A stretch of 64,000 nt of DNA from assembly GCA_964188305.1 (NCBI GenBank), contig OZ076885.1; one strand, 5' to 3'. Origin of the DNA: Podarcis bocagei (taxonomy: Eukaryota). This document shows positions 1-12,200 of this stretch, one piece after another; position 1 is the first letter of the stretch, and each line of letters opens with the position of its first letter. A program made the position numbers and the translations under genes. The notes under the pieces are model-generated. The model did no database searches, was not told where the DNA came from, and saw nothing but the letters and a program-made list of their open reading frames with translations.

Positions 1-87
1 CTGGAAGCTTCTTATTCCAATAAGCTTTTCTCTAAAATCCTAAAAGCCCTGTTAGGTTAAGGTATGGGCAACAAACTCACACAGTAC

Positions 88-266
88 CTTAATGGCTATG
101 TTCAGGGGGCTACCATTCTCCCTGCTTTGGGGGTTCTCAGGACTGAAGGCTGTCTCTGGGTCTTTCATGAAGCTCGGCTTTAACACGTAGCCACAGCGGC
201 CATTTTTACTGAAGAGCCCATCGCACAAGTCCATCTCTGTACCAGCCGTTTGAAAATTCAAGGCCA
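88..266 (-). CDS. PLCD4: PLCD4 exon (end of Y box: [31 protein letters not shown]..)
   Basis: ctcccag acceptor, GTACTG donor, 179 nt, phase 1 to 0. Confidence 0.95.
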
Positions 267-3200
267 CTGGGAGGAGGAGGAGGAGGAGGAGGAGACAGGA
301 ATTTTTCAGACCAGCAGCAATTGGAGGCAAACAAGAGAGCAGTCTTCTAGCTCTTGCTAGCTTCTTCCATACAAGGCATCTTACAAATACAAATTAAAGC
401 CCAAACTGCACATTGTGGAGAGAGGGCCATCAACCCACATCTCCCTAATAATGGGGGGGGGGGGACATGACATATCATTGTCTTAGTGTTTCCCTCCCTA
501 CACCCACTTTCACTGGCTGCTGCTTATCCCATTTCTGGATCTCTATCTTTCCTCAGTTCCTGCCTTTCGAATCTGCATTTGCAAGCTTGAAGAAAGCTGA
601 GGAAACCAACATTCAGAAGAGTTGGGGGAAAAACCCTTCCCCCATATAAGAACAGCCATGCTGTAAAGCCCAGTTTTGACTGCTAAGGCTTGGCAATAGC
701 AGAATAAATAACTATTATTTATAAAGCACCACTTTGAACACTCTGAAGCAAACTGTATATTTATTTTACATCTTGCCTTTCTGCCATCATATAACCCAGT
801 GTGGCATACATATGTCTCACAGACAGTCACCCCCAGACCTGCAATGTCGTAACCTTATGTGCCTTCAGATGCTGGGATCAGGTTTACTTACTTACTTACA
901 ATATCCAAGGGTGGAACAGCTTGGTACTTCAGCAAAGTTTGCTGAGACACAAATGCAGGAGGGGATTTCCAGGAGAGGATCAGTGTAGTAGGAGTAGTTA
1001 ACCCTTCCCTAGATTGCCATCTTGCCAAAAATACTCCTTGGCATATGACAACTCGTCCTCCTCCCAGAAAGCAGGATTCTGAGGCTAGACAAATGAAGGG
1101 GAGGCAGCATTTGTGGGAATAAGTGAATAAATATAGCCCTGTTGGCTCAAACCAAAGGCCTGTTTAGTCAGCCTCCTGTTTCCCACAATGGTCAATCAGA
1201 TGTGCAAGTGTGCGCTCTCTGTCTCTCTGTCTCTCTGTGTCTGTGTCTGCATCTCCCTCTCGTTCCCCAGTGACTGCTAGTCAGAGGAAAGCTGCTGCTG
1301 ATTCTCAGGTAGCAGTCAGACATTATGACTCATAGCCATCAGTAGCCTTATCCCCCAGCAGTTTGTCTAATCTCCCTTTTAAAAGCCATCTAAAGCCCCA
1401 TCTGCACTTAAAGCAGTATCACGCCACTTTAGTCCTGGCTTCCTCCACACACACACACACACACACAATCCTGCACTCTGTTCAAGGTGCCAAGAGATGC
1501 TAGGAGACTCTATTCCGCTCACAATCCCCAAAGTTCCGGGGGAAGAGGGTCTGATGGCTAGACCACTCTGGGAGCTGCAGCTCTGGAAAAAAAAACACAA
1601 GGGTGACTTCCTCACCCACCCACCCCTTAAATCCTTCTGGGGCTGGCATACCCAGCTGGCACCCCACATTCCACATCGCCTGGGGGTTGTAATTGGAGGA
1701 GTCCGTCCGCAGACCGCTGGGGAAGATGCGTGTCAGCTGCCAGGCATTATGGCGGATGAAGTCATTTCCTGCAGGAGGTAGTTAGCACACCAAAAGTTTA
1801 GAAATCTGGTATTTGGGGAACCCCTCTCTCCAGTTATTAGTGCTTGGAGAATGTGACCCTCTGCAACTAAGTGATGTGTGTGTCAGAGAAACAGTTTGCA
1901 TCCAGTTTACCTAAAATGCAGACAGAGAACATGGAATTTCTAGCTGGTTAGTTGAAATTAGGGTGCGCACCCCACCCCAATGCGTGTGTAGGTCTTCACA
2001 AACTGCTTTCTGGGAATTTGATGCAGAATTAGAGTGGCTTTGCTGCCTACTTACAAGAGGTTGTTTGCTTCCACTATGCTGTGCTGGTATGTTCTCTGAC
2101 CCAAAGGAAACTGAATCAGGGAGGGCTGCCTCTGACTTTCTGACTGCTTGGCAATATGGGGCAAAACATTAACATCTTAGTGTATGTTGGGGAGGAGTCA
2201 GAGGAGTCACGGGCCCGCCAATGCACGTTCCTAATGTCTTGCCTGCTGGCTGCCTCCATCCCCGGTTTCTCACCAGCCTCTCGGATGAGCTTGCGGGCCT
2301 TGGATTCAGCAAAGGAGGACATCTCGTAAGACTTGTAGTGGCTGCGGGAGTGCTGGAAGCTGTGAAAGGGCACGCTCTTGCAGTAGACAATGCAGTCAGA
2401 AAGCTCCTGGGAGAGGGACTGTTTGGCCTTCTGCAAAGAACGTGAGACCAACTTGTAAATGATGACCATGTGTACTGCAGACACGGGAGTAAGGTTGAGT
2501 CCCACACCTGCTAAAAATAGAATCAAAATATCAGGCTTTGTGGGGGGAAGGCTCCTTTTGCCTTTAACTGGTGAGGGGCAGGTAGAGTTTTGGCTCTGGG
2601 AACTTTGCCTGTCTTTTGTTAGGAGGAGTCATACCTCAGCAGGGAGCCTATGCGCTTTGCATCCCTGGCATTTCCAATTTTTAAAAAGACTAATTTAAAA
2701 CCCTGCCTGGGAGCTTGGAGAGAGCTGCTAGTCAGAGAACCCAACGGACCAGTGGTTTGACTCACACACAAAGGCAGCTTCACATATTCCTGCAATAGGA
2801 GAAGAGCCCCCTTTTGCTCCTGAGAAAGAGCCACCAACTCCAAATGATTCAAAGGCTGTAGTGCAGTGTAAGAAAGTTTGCTTTCTCTCCACATCAGGGT
2901 TTCTGGTTTCCCAGTAGAATCAATGTAGCTCACATTCTATCAAAAACTAACCTGTATGTGTGTATTGTCGTCAGTCACTCCTGCTTTTGCGGGCAGGTAC
3001 CTCCCACCTGTCGGTATCTGGCAGGTGAGGTTCAAGTGCATATCGCTCTACCACACTAGTGCAACCATTTTTTAAAGCAAACAAACCCCGGACTTTTAGC
3101 AGTTGGGGAAATGATGGGGAAATGCATTGAAATTGAGGGATGAGCAAACGATTAATGGGAAGACGTATCAACACTTGGCTGGCAAATTGTTGCATAACCT

Positions 3201-6200
3201 CCCCACAAACATATTATAATGAATGCTCATAAAGACTGGACGTACCTTAACTGCTATGTGAACTTTGTGCAGGCAACTCCAGGATGGATCCTCAAAACAT
3301 AGCTGCCACTACCTCTAAAGAGCCAACTAACCAGGGTTTCCACGTACCTTCTCTTTCTTCTTGTCTTCATTGCGCAGGACTTCTTCCTCTGCTTCTGGTC
3401 CCTCTTCCTCCTCCTCCTCCTCTTCCCGCTCAGGCGGCTCATTCAGATGCCCATTCAAATAATCCTCCAGGTGTCCAATCTTCTTCCCTTTCAGGATGAT
3501 CTTGCCCTTCAGTTCCTGCATGAGGACACAGGGTGGGTCATATCAGGGCAGACATGATGGTGCTTTGAGTTCAGGCAATGGGGAAGGGCCTCTAGCAACA
3601 CCAGCTCAGCCAGGCTGTCCTGTAAAACTCTGCCTTGCTCCACAAGTATGACAGCCTCTTAAATATGCTCACAGCAAACATCCTGCTCAATTAAAGGTCC
3701 CCCGATGTCCTTTTACTCAATCTTTCACCATGATTTTAACAAAGTGTCCCCAATACTTCTCCCTCCAATACCTCTGTTCCTCCAGTGCTCCTTTCTGCCT
3801 TTAATTCTCTTCTTGAAGTTCCCTTTAGTGGTTCTGACAAAAAATGCTTTAATTCCCACAATAGCTCCTTTGGAACCCCCTCCAGTCCCTTCATCTGCCT
3901 TAACCTTCACCCCTCACCTCTGGCTCCTCCCCTTCCTGTGGCCACCATTTCAATACATCAGACTAATACGTAAAAGAATTTGGGTCACCTGAGTGTTAAA
4001 ATAACAGTCCTAGGATTGCAGTCAAGCTCTGTAAGACCAGGTTAAGGAAAGACAATTGACAACACCATGTCCCCACCTCTGGTGAAGGCAACTGCACTGG
4101 GACACGTCCATCAATGGTGGTGGTGAGGAGCTGCTCTCCCAGAATCCCCTTCAGCTGCTGGGCCATGATGTCCTGCTGCTCTATGCTGCAGTGGTTCTCA
4201 AGAGACAGGATAATGGGGTATTTAGAAGCCTGGGAGAATGGAGACATAAGACGTTAGAGGCAGTAATAGCCCTAAAGTGTGGGAGGTTGAAGGTGGAGTT
4301 TGATGACATAATGAGGGGAATAGAACTGTTTGAGGGATAGTGAGCCACCCTTAGGATTCCTGGAGACCAGTCAAGTAGGATAGAGGGAAATGAAGCCACT
4401 GCTGGGATGTGGCAAAACTATGGAACCACAACCATTTGAAACAACAAGAAGGAAAGATGGTGTGCCCTATTTAAATCTAAAAAAGGGAGGGGTTTGGGGA
4501 CAACTGGAACTAAAATTAGGCTCTCACAACTTTGATGTGCCGTCTGGAGGTTGGGGGAATTTAATCAAAAGCGACACCTTGAATTTGGCTGGATAACAAA
4601 TTAGCAGCCTTCACAATTCCACCCTGCTGACCCCATCCCTTGTGGCAGAAAAGTCCAACCTACCCGGAAGGCATATTTATCGAGGGTTGTCACAACTTCC
4701 CGGAAGGGGATCTTAGAGGTAAAGGTATGGCCATGGTAGACAATGGGCTCCCCATTAGATCCGTCCCAACAGTCCACCTCTAGGCACCGGCAGCCCCGCT
4801 TCAGAGCCCTGCAGAGGAAAAGAAGGCAATTCATGAGCCCTTCTTAGCCTCTTGGTCTGTGAGTAGCACCCTTTGCTGCTAGCTTGAAACATGGGGGTGG
4901 GAGAATCACTTTTTACAATGCCAAATCCTTTAAGGTAAAAAGGCTCTCAGGTCATACTTTGCCTGTGCTTGCCTGAAACCAGCATTGGTTGCACCAGGCA
5001 TCTCTCCACTTTGGGGGCATTCAAGCTCAGTGCTTGAATATTAAACTGGAGGGGATGAAGACCAAGGTAATATAAAAGGAGAGGTCTGAGTGGGTCCCTG
5101 ATTTACAGGGTGAAAGCCCAGCTTCCTTCCAACTTCATCACTGAAAAGGTACACACAGCAGCAAATCAAAGAATATCAAATGCTGGGTCACCTACTAGTT
5201 TTCCCTTCTCACCAGGGTTCAGCTGGGGTAATTTTTTTTTTAAGTGCTGCATGAATTTTCATGCATTTTATCCATTTATTAATCACCTTATTATTTCAAA
5301 ACGGGCACTTCTGAAACTACAAAACTCCCCCAGGGTTTGAAGGGTCTTGGCAACATTACAGGAATGGGTGGGGAAGCCAGTCAGCACTGGACACAGCTAT
5401 ATTCTACTTGAAACTTGCGGAACCATTTTTCAGGGGAAATAATAAGTAGCATTTCCAGCTCAGCCCCTCCACTCTGTACACATTACATCCGTCTTCACTC
5501 CAAAGGCAGGAAGTAAACATTGTGGATAACATGAAAATGTGGGTACCTTTTTGTGAGCCCATAATTCACACTTTTCAAAAAATACACAAATTGAAACATA
5601 GTGCTTCTTTGACATTCACATTTCTCTGAATTTTGCAGTGCAGTTATCCAACCATGTAATGAGTACAATAGTGTAAAGTAAGCATAAAAACGTATATGTT
5701 CATGAAAATAGCACACCAAGATGCATTATAGTAAGGAAAGTTGCTTTGCAAAAACCTAGATTAGGCAAAATTGCATACAAAATGTATATTGGAAGAAATC
5801 ATCACTAAAATGCTGATAGATTTTCATAAAGACACTTAAAAAACAAACAAATGCAAACTGATGTGGAAATATGATGTGGAACTGAACTTAAAAAAGAGGA
5901 ATTGGGAGAAATTGACAGATTCCTCCATCCTTAGATTTGCTGAACCAGAAAGCGAAGAAGAAAGTGGGAAGAGTAAAGCAGCTGGGGGAACATCTGGCCC
6001 TCCAGATGTTGCTGGACTACAACTCTCACCACCCCTGGACATTGGCTATACTTGCTGCGACTGATGGGAGTTATAGATCAGCAACATCTGGAGAGCCAAA
6101 AATTCTGCACACTTTGAGTAAAGCCAAGTGTGGCTGTTCTGCCCCCACAAGGGTCAGTTGTTTAGTGATAGCAAACCTGTGTATTGGTATTAGGTAGAAG

Positions 6201-9200
6201 GAATGACAATGCTGCCCCTTTAAGAAAAGATAGTGCCTTTTAGTGGATTTTGACTTCTTGTAACCCTACCCTAGAAGGCCTGTGGTTTCCAACACAGAAG
6301 CAATGGTTCTGGAAACTGGGCTCCAGGCCTGGTTCTGGAAGGCCCAGAATTGAATCCATACCACCAGTGGCTGACATCTCTGGCATTCTGGTGCCTTTGT
6401 CATGTCATTACTTTACTGCGGAGGAACTGCACTCTCAGGCGCAATAAGTGAGGAAAGTTTTTTGGGGGGAAGAGGTTGTAATGTTGAGGGAATCCAATCT
6501 ATGGGAATCCAATGATCAGTGTGTGAAGCAATTCCAGTCAATGTTTTATAAAAAGCTGAGGAGATCTGGGGACTAGGCCTTGAGATGCAGATTTCTGGTA
6601 GGCTTTTCTCTTGCTTAACATGTATTTGAGTTTGCTCTATATCAAGTGGTTTGGTCACCAAGCTTTGTGTAAAGAGCACATCTTACAAAGGTCACAATGG
6701 TGAAAGGTATCTTGTGAGTAGCTTTGTTATGGAAGTGAGTCAACTGCCTTTCGATTGTGATTACCTGATATATCCCTCCACGCTGCTTTGTCCTCTCAGC
6801 TGGTCCTCCATCAGGTATGTGTTGTGGGAGGAGGAGATAAAGTAATGGCAGAGGGGCTGAGACATATCCTGAAAGACCGTCCTGTGCTCAGGGTTGAAGA
6901 TGGAGCCATCGGGGGAGCAGAGGTACATGAGGAACCCATCAATGCTCAGGATGTGGCGAGCCTTGGCTGTGGGAAGAGAGAGTCAGTTGGAGAGAGAACA
7001 ATACTGAGGAGGAATTAGCCTCTGAAAAAAACAAAAGACACTGAACTAGACAAAGCCCATGAAAGAGGAGCCTTTGGAGTGCTGGGGGAAAGCATCAGTT
7101 TCTATGGCAATTGGTGTCATGAAACTGATACAGGTGGTGATAAGTGCTTTGTGGAGATCTAGTGGGACAAGAGAGACACACAGATACCCTCTCCCCCTCA
7201 ATGCCTGGGAGCTCCTATTCTGAGAGAGGATTTGGCACTATTCGAGGGCCAACCTGTGCTAACTGGGGGCACTTGTCCAGGTTGTGGGCCCGCCAGCTCT
7301 CCCCCCTCCTCCACCCCCACCCCGCCAACCTGTCTCAGACGGCTCATATCTGTCAATCATCTCCATGGCGAGCTCATCAGTGCCAGCCCCCTCCATCTGC
7401 TCCTGTTGCAAGAAGTCCACAAACTCCAACAGTGTCAGCTTTTTGCCATCCTCGGAGTACTCCTGGAACAACTCGAGCACCTCGTCCCGCTGAGTCAGTG
7501 CTTTGTAGAAGAGCACAAACTCCTCCCCCTCCAGTGTACCTGTCTCTGATTTGTCGGCCATCTGCAAGGAATGGAAGGGTCTCTGACCAAGGGGGTCCTT
7601 TGCGCAGAAAGGATAACATTGTGATAAAAGCAATGGGGCGAGGCAGAGCCAGTCAGTGTGAGGCCATCTAGATGGCTTGGACTACAACTCCAACCTGTCA
7701 GCTTGGCCAGTGGTTGAAGGATGGTGATGGGAGTTTGTAGACTGCAACATCTGGAGGGTACCACATTGGCTACACAGGGCATACAGGATCAGAGGTTTAC
7801 TCATTAAGACACTGCTGCTGCTGCTGCTGCTACTACAGTACTAAATGTGCCCTAGCTCAGTGTTTCCCAACCTTTTTTGGGCAAAGGCACACTTGTTTGA
7901 TGAAAAAAATCTCGAGGCACACCACCATTACAGCCCCGTGACGTCAGCGCGCAGCGTCACGCCGGGAGGGATGCACGAAAGTGTAAGTTTCAATTTTTTC
8001 CCTCCCCCTTGCCGGGGAACCTCCAAGCTTTGGGGGTGGGGGGGGAGGAGGCAGCAAAGCGAGGCAGGAAGGAGAGCGCGGCTTGGCTGGGTGAGCTTTG
8101 GCAGGGAATGAGAGCCACGAGGCGGGCGCTGCGGACGGAGGCGCTGCCCACCGAGCTTGCAGGCAGCCAGGCAGGCAGACGGCGAGAGCCCCGCGCTGGG
8201 CGGCCTCTCCTCGCCGCCGCCGCCCCGCCTCTCGCCGCCCGACTCGCCCGCCTCCCTCCAGGCAACATCTCGCGGCACACCAGGCAACATCTCGCGGCAC
8301 ACTAGTGTGCCGCGGAACAGTGGTTGGGAAACACTGCCCTAGCTGATGCACAGTACATCATAGCCATGTGGTCCTTGCCCAAGGAGCTTTAAACTACCAT
8401 AAAATGACTATATGGAGGCAGGAGTAGTAAAGGGTCAGGGATTAAATAAAGAGTGTGGGTAGGATGGGGGGCAGCTTCTGGATCTGGGATGATCCACCAC
8501 TGCTCTTGCCAGTGTCTATTGTCAGCCCCCATTGGGATCAACAACATAATAGAGAGACTTGGGGATGCCATGAGATGTCTCTGCACGTGACCTGCAGTGA
8601 TTTCTGTACTATATCACTGAGTTTGACTAGACAACAGACAACACACAGAGATGGGCAAGGAGCCACAGCCAGGTGGATGATGCTTTGACGGAGAGATATA
8701 ATGACACTGGACAACAGAATAGCCAGGTTTGGGGGCACAGCGTGTGAGCAAAGAAAAACAGAAGTGAATATATGTGCACTATGGTGTATCATGGGTGGAA
8801 ATGAGGTGCTGTAGTCTTTTGAAGAGCAAGCTCAGGGATTTCCCTATGCAACCCAGTACCGTAACTTCCCCACCACAGCACCCAAATTTACTTGGAAGAG
8901 CCGGAAGGCATGGTCTTCATTCATAGCCACGTTCATCATCCTGAGCAAGTGCTGCACCTCCTTGAAATTCATACGTCCATCCTTGTCCTTATCAGCTTTC
9001 ATGAACCAGTCACAGATCCATGTGCAGCCCAAGACATGGGTCAAGGAAAACAGTCTCATAGTGGCCGGGCAAAGCTAAGTCTTCAAAACTAGCCATAGCG
9101 TAAAAGTGTACTCTAGTGTTGCCCAGCCAAGATGCTTCGAGAAACCACCCTAGAATTTGGCAACCATTAACAATTGCATCTTGTTGAAATGCACCAACAC

Positions 9201-12200
9201 GGGTTTAATTTTCATAAGACTAAGCCCTTCATTCAAAATGTTACCTATTTATTGGCCAGTTCATTTATGTATTATTCTCCATTTAAAATCACAGAGTAGT
9301 TCACAGCAGAAATCAATAAAATACAACAACTGACACCACCTTCCCCCGCCCATACATTCTATTCGGAATCTGTTATCTGCAGTTTTGCATGACTTCAAGT
9401 AGTGCTTATAAAAAGAGGAAGAGCCAGAACCAAAGCAGACTGGAACAATGGGCAGTTCAGGCAAGACATGGCTGGGTAGTAGTGAAGAAAGGTTGGTTCA
9501 TTGCAGGGGGAGGGACACGGTGTGACTGCAGAAGTAATGAATTGATAGGGAAGAACCACAGAAGAGATAGTGGAGACAGCTGAAGCTGTGAAGGAAAGGA
9601 GAGAAAGAGATCTAAGTGTCAGCAATTGAACACAGGAAATTACCTTATCTCAGGTCAGACCTACTGGCCCTTTAGTTCAGGATCATTTACATGGGCTGAC
9701 AGCAACTGTCCAGGATTTAAGGTAGGAGTATTTGCTAGCGCTACCTAGAGACACCAGAAATTGAACCCAGTATTTCTGTGTGCAAAGCTTGTGCTCTGCT
9801 ACCAAGCTACAGTTAATATCAACCTCATATTTGATATGAATCCTGGGTAGTATCTCCAGCATTGGAGAACAAATACAAAGTTGAGCTCTTGAGGTTAGCT
9901 TTTACAGGCATGGAAATGGACAGTGAATAATTCAACATAAGGATATTGATCCATCTTCTCCTTCTGGTCCATGTTAGTGACAATCTCCACAAGGCGCCGC
10001 AGGCCTTGGATCCAGCACTGAGCTTCCTCCGCTGAGCTGGCAATTAGGTCTAGATTGTTACGGCGCCCGTGGAAGACGACCGTGAAGCAGCATTCGGCTG
10101 GGAACTCCTCCGCTAGACTTTGCAGGACCTCCGACTGGTGTCCCTCACGCACAGTCTCCACATCACTCACTGAGACTTGGGAGAGAGGGATAACCACCAA
10201 GAAACATCAGCCTTCATGCAAAGATTAGAGCTTAAGGTACAAAATTAGACCCTTGCTTCTTAGGTTGGGCCCCACACGAAACAGCATCAGCATCATTACC
10301 TAGCATTTATCTATTCACATATTCAGCTTATTTAATCTGTCTGTCTATTCACCCAACTCTTTACTAGAGGTTCTATCCAGAGCAGCACTACGTGAAGATG
10401 CCATCAGCCCAAGGATTTCAGCTTGTGCAGTGGAACCCTCTCCACTTCTTCTCCCCCTGTGCATGCTCCTTAATACGTTCTAGGGGTTTTCCCCAACCCT
10501 CTGGAACTGATTTTGTGGGGTGCAGGACCCACATTGGGGGAGCAATGGGGTGTGTCCTGTTGCACAAGTGGAAATCCTAGCACTGATGAGATACGGTAAT
10601 GGGCTTAACCGTCCAGGGGTCCTCTACCTTTACCTTTACCTTAGTTGAACAAACCCGTAAGAGCATAGAAATCTGCCTTATACTGAGTCAGATCATTGAT
10701 CCATTTAGGCCTGTATTGCCTATATTGGCTCGCCAGGATTTCAGACGGGGTCTTTTCTCAGTCCAATATAGAGATGCTGGGGATTGACCCTAGGATTTTC
10801 TGTGTCAAAGGCAGATTTTTCTGTCACTGAACTACAAGCCCTTCCTATCCTGTCTGTCCCAAGCTACTGTGCTTTCACAGAGTTTTGACCTCCGCAGATC
10901 ACAGGGGAAGAGATGAAAAAGCATTTTATTGGATCAATTAATGTTGGGAAATAATGTACATCCAGCATAAACTGATGGCGGAAGACATCTCAAAGGCAGT
11001 TGTGGGCAAGATAGTTTCACCCAGTGGACCATTAGCCTGGAAAAGTTCCAGCAGCAGGGTGAGTGTTCACAGAATCTCTAAGAGAAAATTAAACATCTCT
11101 GTGGATGACAGAACGAAAACATCCAGTACTAGAACAGATTATGCAATAGACAGAGGGAAGATGCACAACTTCCAGCACTCAAGATGAATCCAAATATAGT
11201 ATATTCTCTTCCAGCCAAACATATTTTAGTGACCAAGGTGGAAAATATAAATTGCACCACATGCATAAAAACTTCAATTAAATTAGCTGGCAATTTGATG
11301 TTCAATACCTGCTGCCTGAGGTCATCACCTCACTTATGTTTGTGACAGGATCAGTCCCACTTCAAGTGTCACCATATATGAAAGTCAGGCTCAGTACACC
11401 ATGCCCAGTGCTCTTTTAGTTTTTAGACAGGCACATCTAAAATGCCTCTTGCAAGACATTCAGAACATAACATGCACATATGCAGATGCACACAAACATT
11501 TCCCTTTGTAGTCCACATTGTGATGATCTGTTGCTGGATATCGGATGATGACAGGGACTTGCAAGTAAGTATTGGCAGCAGCTGGATGGAGAAGAAGTGT
11601 GTGCGTTTTTGTGTGTGTAGTTGAGGTAACCGTAAACTAATTGGTGTGTTTACATCCACTTGCTTTGATGTATACTAAGTGGCTTGCGTCAATGCTATGC
11701 TTATCTGTGAACCTTGGGACGCTGGGCAGTAGCCCCTGAGAGGGGAGAAGCCTTGGATAGCTGCCACCCATGGCCTCACTGGCCAGATGTGATGGGAGCT
11801 TCTGAGTAAACTGGTGTATGCTGTTTTGTACATAAAGGATGTCTACATGTTTGCTTGGGTGCGGACAAGCCATTGCCTTGCTGCAGTGTCCATCCTACAT
11901 CTGTAAAGGCTGGGAGACCTGGCAGGCTGATTTGCTGTAAGTCTACACCTTCTTTTAATAAAGCACTAGAACTGATAACTCTGGCGTTTTTTGACATCCT
12001 TCTTTGGTATCCCTGCAACCAACCACTCCCACAAGCTTTTCTTTCAGCTGGTGGATCAGGACAAGCAGTTCTTGCCAAGAGATTGAAGGTGGGCCTGAAG
12101 GTCAGATCCATTTGTATTGTTCCCAGAACATCCTGTTGGCACCCCGTGACATCAAGAGTCAGAGTTTTAACACCCCAGTCTGAAATTCAATCTAAATTTG

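Noticed and set aside
2971-3060. Possible extra exon in the PLCD4 X-Y linker intron
   Set aside because: No acceptor/donor pair gave a convincing phase-0 open exon.
7144-7671. 175-aa plus-strand ORF
   Set aside because: Antisense shadow of a PLCD4 exon; no independent coding signal.
7845-8351. Cluster of 60-135 aa ORFs
   Set aside because: All lie within a GC-rich non-autonomous hAT element and show no transposase motifs.
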